A stretch of DNA of 62,627 bases, filler included, from Nemertoderma westbladi (lineage: Eukaryota; Animalia; Xenacoelomorpha): assembly GCA_032718475.1 (NCBI GenBank). It is 3 parts of 3 records of this genome, joined end to end, with 100 filler letters (N's around TTAATTAATTAA, not from the genome) between each part and the next. Parts side by side here need not be neighbours in the genome. Positions count along the whole stretch, not along the records: positions 21,922 to 43,760 come from JAUCBJ010003664.1; positions 43,861 to 62,627 come from JAUCBJ010006565.1; 1 more part is not named here. One strand, given 5' to 3'. The stretch's first letter is position 1. The number at the start of each line of letters is the position of its first letter. The position numbers were made by a program, and so were the translations under genes. The notes beneath the pieces were generated by a model, which saw only the letters and a program-made list of their open reading frames with translations, made no database searches and was not told the DNA's origin. Shown here piece after piece: positions 36,941-50,413 of the stretch.

Positions 36941-37742
36941 AGATAGATAGATAGATAGATTTATTTATACATTATGTAAAAACAATAACAAATACACCAA
37001 ACAATGTACCGGTATAAAGGTATTGTCCAACATAACATATAGGATTACCCCTAAAGCTTTGCAGCTTATTTCCAAGGGGGTCCTTTATGTTACTTGGTTA
37101 CAAATACAATATTACACTACGCTAACCTAAAACCAATATAAAACGTAATTACACTATGTACATGTACAACTTTACCGAGAGCGTGACAATGCCCGACTCA
37201 ACGATAAAGATGTAATGTACAGAACAATTTATTATAAAACGTAATTACAGTATAAATAGTAAATAATTAATAAACTAATAACTTACTGTAGGACTATTGT
37301 ACCTATTTTTACATTGCACACGGAGATGAGATTTAACTGCAGATTTAAAATAATGTTGATTATTTAGGTTTTTAATTTCATTAGGCAGAGCGTTCAATTT
37401 TTTATGCCGTTAAAAAAGAAAGTATCAGATTCAAAGGATTTACAATTCGGGAGGTAGAAGTTTGAAGCACTAGCTCTGGTACTATAAGAGTGTGTATCGC
37501 GTACTCTGTTGAATTTTTGTTTTAGGTAATTGGGACATTTACCATTATACACTTTATGCACATGGTTAAGGCGTAGCTGCTTAACTCTACTATCTAAGTT
37601 AAGTAGTCCAGATTCAGAAAAGTCATCTGGAGTTAGGTGGTGCCTAGGTTTGTAGTCTTTAATAAATCGTACTACTTTATTCTGAGCTACTTGTAATTTA
37701 CATTTAAGCTGTTTGGTTAAGCCTTCATACCGAGAGAAAGCC
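36941..37742 (-). mobile_element. 3' end of a CR1/L2-group (Crack-like) LINE
   Basis: Minus translation KLQVAQNKVVRFI..HKVYNGKCPNYL..HSYSTRAS..NALPNEIK. The 3' UTR has a hairpin, AATAAA and a (TATC)n tail ending at 36941. Confidence 0.82.
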
Positions 37743-38327
37743 GCCCCAATATTAGATTATAACAACAACATTTCCATTGGGTAAGAAAGTGGAGAAGAGC
37801 CAGGCCCGACTCTCAATTTTTTAGTTTATATTACGCGATCAATTTTCACTCATCTCGTCATGAACACAACATGTATGTAAACTTTTGATAAATTTGTTGG
37901 CTATGCGTTTGCGGCTGTTTGGGCGGGGTGTGGTAGGCCTACACTTTTCACACTGAAACATTTTGGTTGTGAAATGTTCAGGGCACAGCGATCAGAGATA
38001 TTTCATATATATTTTATTATGAGAGGAAGAAGAACATACAACGTTATTTAATATATTATATGTAACGAAATAATTGTTTTTGGGTTTGGAAGCCTCCCCA
38101 AATAGTTGATATACGATTATATTTAAAATTATTTCCATGGTCATGGTCATTCACCCGTCTTTAATTAGAAATTTGTTTGCATGAAAGACAGTTTAGTTTG
38201 GTTTTTACTGATTATTATCTCTTATCTGACTGGGGTAATAATAAAGGATAGGATAAATGGATGCAAAGTGTGACAGTAACAATTATTTCCCCGTCACCCT
38301 AGCATTTCTTAAGTATACGATATCTAA

Positions 38328-40741
38328 AAGGGGGAAGTTTGGATTCACTGCATAAATGCAGTTCACCAAACTTCCCCCGAATGCACACTGTAACTTCCCC
38401 CTTCCCCCAAATATCCACTGTTAAATTAATTTGAAGCGATATAATAAGTATAAAATTGTGCGAGTTTTTAATTGTGTAGTCCATTTGTTATTTGATCTCT
38501 ATTTATTGTTTAAAGTGCATTTAATATCACACTGGATTTTTAGAATATTACAACCTTATGTTTTATTTATTAACCCAATCGAAGCCTTAATAAGTAAGGG
38601 CCGCTTATTTGTACGCATATCCCTAATGCGCTCAGTATGAGCCAAACAACATATTAATATGAAAATAAAAGTATCAGAAAAAAAGTATCTGCAAAGAAAA
38701 TAACCCAATGCTATATAATTTGACCTTATTAAAAAATTTGCACTTTTGCACACTTATTTGCACAAGTGCACTTTAGCAGATCCTAATGGTGGATCTTATT
38801 TAACAAACTTATGTTTATCCTCTACCGATCTACGATGGTGTATGATCAAGTGTCAGTCACTAAAAGTGTAAAAAATCTAATTTAATAAATCGCGACATTT
38901 GCGATTTTGGACCATATTCATGGGCATTTTAAGTCACTTTATATACATAAAAAGTTAAACAAATGTTACGATTATAGTTAGAAATCACTCCAAACTACAT
39001 TTTAATCCAAAAAATAACATTCTACGATGAATGGAACTGGAAATAATAGTGTTTGAAATATCGAAAAAATGTGTACTTTTTAAGTGCATTATGCACTAAG
39101 TGCACATGCGTCTTTTCCCAAGTTGTATCCTATTTCACACATTACAATCTATCCTCTATCCAATGAAAAAAGTTTCAGATCAAACGGCCCAGTAGAACAG
39201 AAGTTATTGATGTTTAAAAATAATCAATGTAGTAAGGTAATCAATCACGTTAACGATACTTAAGTTCGTGGGTTCGAAACCCAATATGACCATTCTTAAT
39301 TTTTTGCAAAAAAAAATATTTTTAATTTTTCACTAAAATCGCTCTAACTTCGGTTCTGGTGCTCCAAATTCAATAAAATTGGTATATTCTTTGCCGTAAT
39401 TTTTTTTTCTATCTTTTGAGAGGGGGTATTTTTGGCCCCAAAAAAATGAAAAAAAGGGCCAAAATTACGCGATATTTTTCGACCCTTAAAACTCGTTATT
39501 TTAATTATAAATGTTAAGAAAAAAGATAGTGGAGTTAATTTGCTACATTTTACAGGAATTTTTGGCGCAAAAAGTTAAATTATAATGTAATGGCGATTTA
39601 TTAAAAAAAAATTTTTTCGTCCCTATTTTATAAGTAGTATATTTCACACGATCGTCTGCCGCTTCAGTTATATAATAGCTATGGCGCTGTAACTACCGTT
39701 GAAAGATAGATAATTTGACGCTCTATAAGACTGTTTAAATAAGTCTCCCAGACCTTATGTATTTTTCGAGCTAGACGAGTTCCCGCGAAGCGAGTTTGAA
39801 GCGTGAAATTATAATTTGGGCCCTAATTTTTTTAATATCGTTTGCGCGGCAAAACCAATCGAATATTTGGATTCCCCGTATCGATATTAACCGTATAAAA
39901 TGTACTTTAACCTTCAAGAGTCAAAAATAAAAAAGTTGTTAGTTATAAACTTTTTATTATTTTCTGGCCCTTTTTGGACCCCTTTGCCTACATATTTTTT
40001 GTACCCCCATTCGATAGGAATGTAGCCCCTGTGGTCTTCTACGCTTTCCGAAAAAGAATTGGCAGATTCCTACTAGCGTTGTCGAATTAAAAATTTTGGA
40101 AATAATAATTATGTAAAAAATATGGAAAAAACGGACAAAGTTACGGCCCCTTTTTCCACCCGAAATATTAATAAATATCTTACCCCCATTCGATACGAAG
40201 GTAGTACCACTCTTCCCCTTTCCAACCGCGTTAATTTCGTCCCCGTACGATTAATATTAGCAGAGTCAGAGCGGATCCCGCAAAGCCATTTTGTCCGTTT
40301 TTTCAACTTTGACGGACAATTTCGGGAAAAAGGCGTGGTAATCTTTTTTGAAAATAAAAACGAATTCACTAATTAATCCCTTCTATCGTATCCCGGCGTC
40401 GGTTAAGCAATAACCTAGGGTTTTTTCGAGCCACTGTAGAGCGCCTTTCAAAAAATTTTTAAAATTGTCAAAAAAATGACGGTTTTTTGTCCGCCGTGTC
40501 CGTCGAGGGGATAGATTTGCTAATGTTAGAGTGGCTAATATCTTAGAATTCCGAGTCGCTCCCCTGGTGCGAAAATAAAAAAAATTGGTCTGTTCCTTCA
40601 TCGAAAAGTCCCCCAGAATCCCAAGTTAACCTATATAGTTAGCGATGGCCTGCGGCTTTAGGAGCGGCCGCGGTATTCACCTCCCTCATAGCGGCCGCGG
40701 CGGTGTTGCGTCAAATGGAGAAATATTTATCCCACCAAGGT
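38328..40741 (+). mobile_element. ~2.4-kb non-coding HINE/Helentron-like element, copy 1
   Basis: Starts AAGGGGGAAGTT with a nearby inverted AACTTCCCCC. GC hairpin GCGGCCGC..GCGGCCGC near the end. Collinear with 41328-43709. Confidence 0.6.
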
Positions 40742-41327
40742 GGACCCAAAATGAAGTTATACTTAAAGAACGACCACGAGGTAAAGGGAAAAGTGTGGAG
40801 GGGGGGGGGGGGGGGGGGGGGGTATGCGTCGAATGACACGAGGGGAGACGATCTGGACTCGTTAATTTTATATTACTCGAAATTGTATGTAATATATTTT
40901 CGCTCCCAGTCTACACTCGTTCTATATACCGGTAACCCATTAATATTAATATATACTACTCAGTCGTTTGTACATAATACGAAGCCTGTAAGTTATAGTC
41001 ACCGAAACATTTCAGCTCGGAAATTATAATATATGAATCAAGGATGTCTCTCTTATGATCTACATAGAATAGATATGGTTATTGATACTGTTACATTGTG
41101 ATAATGGATTCTAGGTTTCTTTCACTGGTAAATCCGTATAAAAGTTGAAGTAATAAAATTTAATTACAGAACCATAGTTCGAAGATCAGCATTATTCATA
41201 CCAGTCATTGCTTAGAAATTTTACAGGATAATATTGTTAATCTGACTTAAGTTGTTTAGGTTGAACAAAGTCTACATAGTAAACAACAGGTCCTCCAAAG
41301 AGTGTGTCTTTGGTATATTATATCATG

Positions 41328-43709
41328 AAGGGGGAAGTTAGATTCACTGCATAAATGCAGTTTATCTAACTTCCCCCAAATATCTACTGTTGAATAAAAT
41401 TGAAGCCATATATTAAGTCCGAAGAGGTGCGAGTTTTTTAATAAATTGTGTGGTCCATTTGTTATCTGATCTCTATTTATTGTTTAAAGTTCAATTAAGA
41501 TCACACTGGTTTTTAGAATATTACAACCTTATTTATTATTAATTTATACAATTGAACCCTTATAAGGACCGGTTATTTGTACACATACTCCTAATGTGCT
41601 CAGTAAGGTCCATACAACATATTAATATGAAAATAAATTATCTGCAACGAAAAAAACCCAATAATACACCATTTGACCTTATTAAAAAAAATTGCACATT
41701 TGCACACATATTTGCACAAGTGCACTTTAGCGGATCCTAAAGGTGGTTCCTATTTAACACACTTATGTCTATTCTCTACCGATCTACGATGGTGCATGAT
41801 CAAGTGTCAGTCGCTAAAAGTGTCAAAAATCCAATTTAACAAATCACGACATTTGCGATTTTGGACCATATTCATGGACATTTTAAGTCACTTTATAGAC
41901 ATAAAAAGATAAACAAATGTTAAGATTATAGTTAGAAATCACTCCAAACTACATTTTAACCCAAGTAATAACATTCTACGATGAATAGAACTGGAAATAA
42001 TAGTGTTTGAAATATCGAAAAAATGTCCACTATTTAAGTGCATTTTGCACTAAGTGCACATGCATCTTTTCCCAAGTTGTATCCTATTTCACACACTACT
42101 ATCTATCCTCTATCCAATGAAAAAAGATTCAGATCAAACGGCCCAATAGAACCGAAGTTATTGATGTTTAAAAATAGTCACTCGAAAATTTCAAATTATT
42201 TTGGTCACGTAGTCTAGTGGTTATCATTCATGTTAATGAAACCTAAGTTCGTGGGTACGAAATCCAATATTGACCATTCTTATTTTTTTGTAAAAAAAAA
42301 TTTTTTTATTTTTTTACTAAAATCGCTCTAACTTCGGTTCTGATGGTCCAAATTCAATAAAATTGGTATATTCTTTGCCGTAATTTTTTTTTCTATCTTT
42401 TGAGAGGGGGTCATTTTTGGCCCCAAAAAAAAATGAAAAAAAGGGCCAAAATTACGCGATATTTTTCGACCCTTAAAATTCGTAATTTTAATTATAAATG
42501 TTAAGAAAAAAGATAGCGGAGTTAATTTGCTACATTTTACAGGTAGTTTTGGCGCAAAGAGCTAAATTATAATAGAACAGCAGATTATTAAGAAAAAAAC
42601 GTTTTTCGTCCCTTTTTTATAAATATTATATTTCACACGATCGTCTGCCGCTCCAGTTGTATAATAGCTTCGGCGCTGTAATTAACGCTGTTAGATAGAT
42701 AATTTAACGCACTATAAGTCTGTGTAAACAAATCTCCCGTAAATTAAGTAGTTTTCGAGCTAGACGATTTCCCGCGAAGCGAGTTTGAAGCGCGAAATTT
42801 TATTTTTGGCCCTTATTTTTTTAATAGCGTCCGCAGAGCAAAACCGATAGCATATTTGAATTCCCCGTATCGATATTGACTGTATAAAATGTACCTTAAC
42901 CAACTAAAGTGAAAAATAAAAAATTATTTGATAAAAACTATTTTACATATTCTTGCCCTCTTTGGCCCCTATTGTTGACATATTTTTTGTACCCCCACTC
43001 GATAGGAACGTAGCCCCAATGGTCTTCTACGAGTTTCAAAAAAGAATTAGTGGAATCCTACCCGCGTTGTCAAATTAAACATTTCGGAAATAAAATTTCG
43101 AAAAAAGACGGACAAAAACGTAGAAATTTACGGCCCCTTTTTTCCACCCGAAATTTTAATAAATATCTTACCCCCATTCGATACGAAGGTAGTACCACTC
43201 TTCCCGTTTCCAACCGCGTTACTTTCGTCCCCGTACGATTAATATTAGCCGAGTTATAGCGGATTCCGCAAAGTCATTTTGTCCGTTTTTTCAACTTTGA
43301 CGGACAATAGACGGAAAACAAGCCCGGAGGCGGGGTATTCCAAGATGTGGAAACGTCTAATTTAGACCCCCTCTTTCGATTCTCGGTGTCTCTGGATGCG
43401 TCAAATAGAGGTTTTTTAAGAGTCCTAGTGAAAAAAAGACAAAAAAACCAGACAATTGTCCGTCATGTCCGTCAAAACGATAGATTCGCTAAAAGCTCTG
43501 AAGAATCTTATTTTTTTGGCATTACGCGTCCCCCCTCGAAAAATCGAGAAAATCGTACCTCTGGAAATAGGTCGAATGGGGGGGGAACACCGTTTTCGCA
43601 GTAACTACGCGTCCTCTATGTAGACTGCGTCCTTTGGAGGGGCGGCGAATTCACCTCACTCGACGCCGCCCTTACTGAATGTTTTTAAAAAATGTTTCTT
43701 CCCACCAAG
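41328..43709 (+). mobile_element. ~2.4-kb element, copy 2 (diverged direct repeat, offset about 3000 bp)
   Basis: Long shared blocks, e.g. TAAATATCTTACCCCCATTCGATACGAAGGTAGTACCACTCTTCCC; both copies end CCCACCAAG. Confidence 0.6.
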
Positions 43710-43760
43710 AAGAGCACGCATAGTCCATGTGACACTGTATTAAAGAAGAGCAAAGTAACT

Positions 43761-43860
43761 NNNNNNNNNNNNNNNNNNNNNNNNNNNNNNNNNNNNNNNN
43801 NNNNTTAATTAATTAANNNNNNNNNNNNNNNNNNNNNNNNNNNNNNNNNNNNNNNNNNNN
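43761..43860. other. Assembly gap spacer
   Basis: 44 N + TTAATTAATTAA + 44 N. Confidence 0.95.
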
Positions 43861-46244
43861 ATGATCCCAAGGTCTGACCAACACATTCGCAACCGAAGGA
43901 AGGCACTAATAGGAACCCAACAGGTTTATAGGTTGAGCGAATTAACAGGCTGCTAAAGATGCGGTCAACTCTGCATCAGTCAGTCTGAGCTATTCATTGA
44001 GCAGATTCCTGTCATCAAATAGCCCCGATGAAAGAAGGAAATCTTATGCAGCAATTAATCTTATCTCTAGAAAAAATTTCCAACCAACTACCAAGGTTAT
44101 AGCGGAATCTACAGCTGATCGACTGATGTACTTAAGGTTCCTGACGACTATACATCGTGTGTCTCTCACGGCAATATCAGCCCACTGCCGCAGCAACTAT
44201 TAACCCAAACAAAGCAGTAGGTGTTGATGTTTACCTCCTGAAGAATTCAATTAGATCACAACGACAAGACATTTAGAGGCAATTTAGACACAATAAATGT
44301 CTCTTTTTAAGCTGGACCATTTTATTATTTTTTAACATGAAGAATTTTTTAGTACAGTCATCCAGCGCCAGATGGATAAACAATTACAGTACAACTTTAG
44401 CGCATCACTAGTCAGTACCGATTCGGTGCCCAAACAAGGTTAATCTCTATGGGAACGCACCCCACATATATTTATACAACTGCATCACCTGCTGTCTTCT
44501 AACTACCGACAATCGATGATTTAAAGCTGCAGCTGTAGTTATCGATATCATTCAAGTGTTAAAAACCCTAATAATGTAATGGAGGAGACTGAGTTTTATA
44601 TAAACACTAAACAGGGTTAATCCCGCAATCACACTCATTAGACGCGGGTACATGTGTCAGTCAACCTTGGAGGGGCACAACCAAGAGTTTCGCAGCAGGG
44701 GTTGGGGGTTGGTGGGAGTTGGGTCCCATGGTTGGAGAACCTACAACACAGACATTATGCTAAGTGAAGCAAAGTGGAGTGCCTTCGGTTAATATATCAG
44801 GGTCTTTATTAAACTATATATGTAAATATGTAACTCATTGAAATATACAAAGAAATACAAAAGTGTTTTCTTTGGCCATTTGGTTGAGGGCTTACTCATA
44901 AAGAACCGCTCCACCGGAAGTGGCTAAATCTGACCTGAAAACCCCATAAAGGAGCCTTTGGCCGGCCCATGTGAAGAATACCTGATTTTCTGCCGTTATT
45001 TTTCGTTTTGCAGTTACCCCCATGTGAAGAATACTATGTTTTCACCAAAAACACAGGTTACAAGAAGGACTGAATCTAACCAAAACAATAAACGAATTAG
45101 TATATGTACAGGTTATAAGACAGGAATAAGCGTTATAAAACAATTAATAAATATAAATTTAGAAAAAATTAAAAATCTTCGTATATAAAATTCCAATAAA
45201 AAGTCGACCGAAAAGTAAAATCCTATGGTATTATATGCGAACATGTGTCACACGGCCAACAAGTAGATGTTTGAGTAATCATTCATTCCAATTTACCGAA
45301 AATTGGGTGTAAAGTTTCACTCCTTTACCTTCAAATTTGATTTCACTAAACTAAGATTTAATATTTATAATCTAACAACTAACTCTTATTAAAAAGTAAA
45401 TATTTCACGTTTATCATTACAGGGAGTTTCTAACGTTTCTGCATTAGGTTGTTACTCATTGTTACAAATTGCTTTATAATGCTTCAATAATTTATCTCTT
45501 TCTATTCGTATTATTTACTATTCTACTTGTTTTTGTATTCTTCATCTTGTATTATTTATGTTTCATTGTTCTCCTAAACTCATAACTCTATTCCGGGTCG
45601 CGAGCAGTCTGACTGGAACCCAACCGAAAACTACTTCATGTGGCATAAAACTCATTTATGTAACTCTAATGAAAATGTGTTTCCTATAGAGATAATGGCT
45701 TGTAATCGATAGACTGGAAAGGGGCGTCAAAGCAGTTTAAAGTCTACGCCCCATGTGCCTTTATCTAATCCATATTAATCCTGTTATTATGCGTCACTAA
45801 GTTATATTCTTAAATTTCATTGAAAGAACCGATTCTGAATTACAAAGGGGTACATAGAAATAAAATACCCTGTCTAATTTGGTATAACTTTACTCTCCAC
45901 CAACACAGTTTAGCTCCAATAGGTGATAGAATTGAGAGTTTAAGACGCCATTACGTTGGGGCCGATTTAATCAAGTCCTACGGCTATGAATTAATCACTA
46001 TCAACCGATTGACTTCGCTTTTCAGGAGAAACTGGCCCCTGGCAACAACGTCATTGTTGATGCGTTGCGCAGCGACATACCTCTACTTAGACAATAAAAA
46101 AGGTGCGTTCCAGTGCAGTTTATTGTTTAGAAAGGACACTTATTTCTTGGAATCTTATTTTTTGTAAAGGGTACGGTACCGCACCGTTAATAATATTTCT
46201 CAAAATTTGTAAATGTCTGCTCCTCTCCCGTTTACACACAACCG

Positions 46245-46800
46245 TTTTTACATTAAGGTCAATATGAAAAAAACAAAATGTTTATTCTATTTTCCCAAGT
46301 CGTGCATTAATACTATTGTAGGTCAAGTGTCAATAAATAGTTCAAAATTAGCGGTAGTAAATAAGATTAAATACCTAGGACATATTTTAACTTCAAGTGC
46401 AGATGATGATAGCGATAAATTAAATCAGTTACGTTGTTTCTACCGTAGGGCTAACACAGTAATTAGGAAATTTTCAGGTTGCTCGGCACACGTTAAAACT
46501 AAATTATTTCGTTCCTTCTGTACTTCGTTCTATTGTAATAGTCTGTGGTCTAGGCATAATTATTCTAGTGTAGTTTACAATAAGATTAGGGTAGCGTACA
46601 ATAACGCTGCAAGACGTTTTTTTTGGCTTTCCGTATGGGTACAGTGCTTCTCTTATGTTTGGCATTATTGGTTTACCAAAGTTTACTCATATCAGAGTTA
46701 GTGCAATTGAGTCGTTATTTAATCGTATCGATCAGTGTAATAACTGTATTGTTACAGCCATAGCTGCAGTCACAGCCCGTACCAGCAGACTTTGGTTAAT
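46245..46800 (+). mobile_element. 3' fragment of an RTEX-like non-LTR element ORF
   Basis: NMKKTKCL..KIKYLGHIL..DDDSDK..FYRRANTVIRKFSGCS..VKTKLFRSFCTSFYC..LW..IRVAYNNAARRFF. Confidence 0.8.
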
Positions 46801-46820
46801 GAGGGACGTTTCCACATGGT

Positions 46821-48433
46821 AACACGTTCGTGGGGCCTTCGCGCAGCACGAGGCCCAGTTATGAAATACAAATTAAAATTGTGCGACTGTATCACAAAAT
46901 CAGGTTATGAGAGATTAACCAACACCACCAATTAATCAAAGAAAGGGGGACAGTACGTGTTCACCCCTTTTAATCTGCACCCCCCCCCCCCCTCCCCGAA
47001 ACCCACCAATACATAACCGCGACATCTACCACCCACGGAAGGGTAGCACGAACTTATTTCCAAACGCACGTTCAATATGCAAAGCCAGGTGGTTTATAGG
47101 AATATAATCAATGCAGTACTCGTCTTCATTATAAGCCTCTTTGCGTTCGACCTGTTTTGTATTAAAATATATTTATTAAACGCAGGCTGACGCTCTTTAT
47201 AATAATAATACCTAGGGATACCAGCTTCCACACTTTCAATCTTTACTGCCGCGCAAACCCCGCAGAGGAAGTTTTGGTTTGAGAGATCAAGCCCATCGGC
47301 AATTGGTGTTTCAATTTCGGTCCAGGAACTCTGACAATGGGAGCATTCAATCTTAGCTGTGGTCCATTCCCGTGGTTTCGGCTTCCTTTTCTTCGTCCCA
47401 ATGACAGATTCTTCTGAAGACGTTCGATTTGCTTTCAGTTTATTGTTGGCGTTTGTGTTTTGAAGTTGTATTCGAGTGGACAGTCGCGCCGGTTTCGAGG
47501 TAACCATACCGACCTGTGATAAGCGTTGGTTTTGTTGAGTGCCGGTATTCATCTTCTCTCACCTCTTCAATGTCAGATGTTGCAAATACTGATAACACGA
47601 ATAACGGTATATATTTCAATACTTGTCAATAGTAATATATATAATTTAGATAACTATTTTAGATCTGTACTGTTGAGCAAACTCTACATAAATTCCAACC
47701 TGTGTATCGCCGGTAGTGCTGTTGCTGTGCAAGTGCTGAAGTGCTAGTTGCCACCGGTCAGCCGGTACCGGTATTAGGGTGGTACCTACGGTGCGCACTA
47801 CAACGGCAGTACAGCAATACGGTGTACCGTGCCAATGACTGAATGATTAGCGGTAAATATCTAAACTATTATATTATTATTACCAGTACTGGGCTAATTA
47901 GGCCTAAACTATAATCACCGCAAGGGTTGCCGGGGCCATGTTTATTTCGATTACATGATATGGCATGTCTGCAGTGCTGCAGTGTATGTACCGGCTGACC
48001 AGTATTGCAGTATTGACTGATTGCAGGATTCTCGATTCAGGGATTGAGTACAGCCTGACAGTACCGGTACACATGGTACATGCAGATTGGCAGACAGCCC
48101 CAATGTATTGCAAAATTTGTCAGAAACCCAGCTGATTTATCCTACAGTAATAATAATTTAACGCATTTCAAATTTGGATAAATAAATTTATTATAACTGC
48201 AATAACAGTTACACTGATGCTGCACGAAGGCCCCACGCAAATTCTACTTGGAAAATTGTCAAACTTTTGCCAAACAACATGTGTACCAAGTTTGGATAGA
48301 TTTCATCAAGGATTGGCCGAGTTATTAACGTTTAAAATAAAATACTGAAAAAAACGCGACAGAACGACAGAACGACAGGTTGATTAATGGTACCCCTACG
48401 CTAAGGCTCACTCACTTCGTGGCTCGCCCTACA
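46821..48433 (+). mobile_element. HINE-like family copy with nested inserts
   Basis: Starts AACACGTTCGTGGGGCCTTCGCGCAGCACG, has an inverted partner near 48220, and ends CGTGGCTCGCCCTACA. Confidence 0.55.
47210..47552 (-). mobile_element. Possible LINE ORF1 5' fragment with a PHD-like cysteine cluster
   Basis: Basic N-terminus, then IECSHCQSSW...FLCGVC; similarity ends abruptly. Confidence 0.4.
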
Positions 48434-50413
48434 GTGATATTAATTTACTTTTGATATATATTTTATTATACTGTATCTGTATGGTTTTTTACTATTTCAG
48501 TTTATATTTATTAATTAAAGTAGTACGTGCATTGTGTTTGTAAATACTGTGTCTCGTATAATATCAGGTCATATGTTATATGGATTAAGTTCCGGAATAA
48601 ACAAATAAATAAAAAACAACCTAATGGAACCAGAATGATTTTATTGGTTCTATTGTTTTTTTTATAAACATATAGTTTATTTGATAATACAAAAATTCTA
48701 ACATAAATATCATGACTTGCTTTCTGAATAGTACAATAAATGATTTGTAGTGGACGTAGCATTGTATGAAACCCAAACCCTGGCTGGTTAGATAGTAAAC
48801 GTTGAAACAAGACATTTGATATTAATGGACATGTTTTTCTGGGACACTTACGTCGGCAAACGGGTTGAAGGTCCGAATAAGACGAAGTTCCCTTAAAAGT
48901 GGCCATCAGTGTGCTTTTTACGAACCCTCGTCCTCTTCGGAACTTGTCCTTTCGGACCCTCGTCCTCTTCGGACGTTGTCCTATCGAACCTTCGTCTCAT
49001 TTGACCTTCGTCCTGAAACCTGAAAATGAAAGGGTTGCGTGTTTCTATTGTCTATTCACAAAAGCCACCAACCCCGGGACCCATGATTAAGTAGTTACTG
49101 GCGCCATTGTAGTAGGCGTGTATATCTACCGTGCTAACCGGTCATACATGAACAGAAGCAGAATGATTGGTTCAGAACGCCGTTCCTTGTACGTCACTGT
49201 CACTAAAAATCGTTGTTGTTCCCAGGAAAGTCCTACTTCTCTTACAATCTCCGATCATATTGATCCATCAATTACATTGCATTCAACCACGGCAGTGGTG
49301 ATGGTGATGGTTTTATGATTAGAAAATCCATGAATATTATAAATTGATTTATATTCACTATTACTTACAGATGCAATAATTATATTGAATTACGATATTG
49401 GCTATCGACTTCTACCGGTATATAGCAGCAATATCATATGAAGAATGATTTATAAAGTGAATAGAAAGTAGTATGAGGTGACATTATAGTATGAGTTTAT
49501 ACAAGGGGTTTTGGTACAGCAAAGTTGTTATAAAAGGACAAAGGAGATACTTTATTCTCCATTTTTTTAAAATGGTCAGCCAATTAAATAATTATATGAT
49601 TGGGTCATATAAATACGAAGCAATTAATTTTTTGGTTTTAATCAGATTAAGTTACAATATTATTCACTTTGCTAAAAGTATTGCGTTATATATTGTTATA
49701 GATTATACGACTATCATGTGTACCGTCATTACATAATCCCCTTTTGTACAGCCCCCTTATAAGTAACCACACTGGACAATATCCCCCATTCCACAGACTA
49801 GTGAAAATTGTTAAAATATATAAATAAATAAAAAAATAACTGGAAGTTAGACTGATAAGAAGATTCAAAAATATATGTATAATATATATTATCTGTAGGG
49901 ATATATTTTCAAATGTAACTAAATCATAAAAATTAAATGTTTGTCTCACAGATATACTCAATAACAGAAACCACCAACAATGTATTCCATTAATAAATAT
50001 TAATAAAAAACGCAAACTATATCTAATAAATAACTCTCTAATAGTAACTATAATATTAGGTAAATAAACAAATAAGTAATATTATAATGGAAATTATAAA
50101 GAACAATATATATTAAAGCCTTTTAATAAATATCGCACTATATTTATGAAATCATTGCGTCTAAAATTAATTTAGAATAAAACTATTACTATTACTACAT
50201 TACTATGTAGTAATTAATTTGTGGAAAATTGGTATTTTTTTTGGGCACATTGGAAAAATAATAATTCATACATATTGCTTTAATGTTTTCGATAAATTTT
50301 AAACGATACTCGAGTTCAGTCAACCATAGTACGGTCGAGATGGATTCTTAATGGTAAATTTGAATTTTACGTTTTACTGGAGTCATTCCGTTCGTTGCCC
50401 ATGGTATCGGAAT

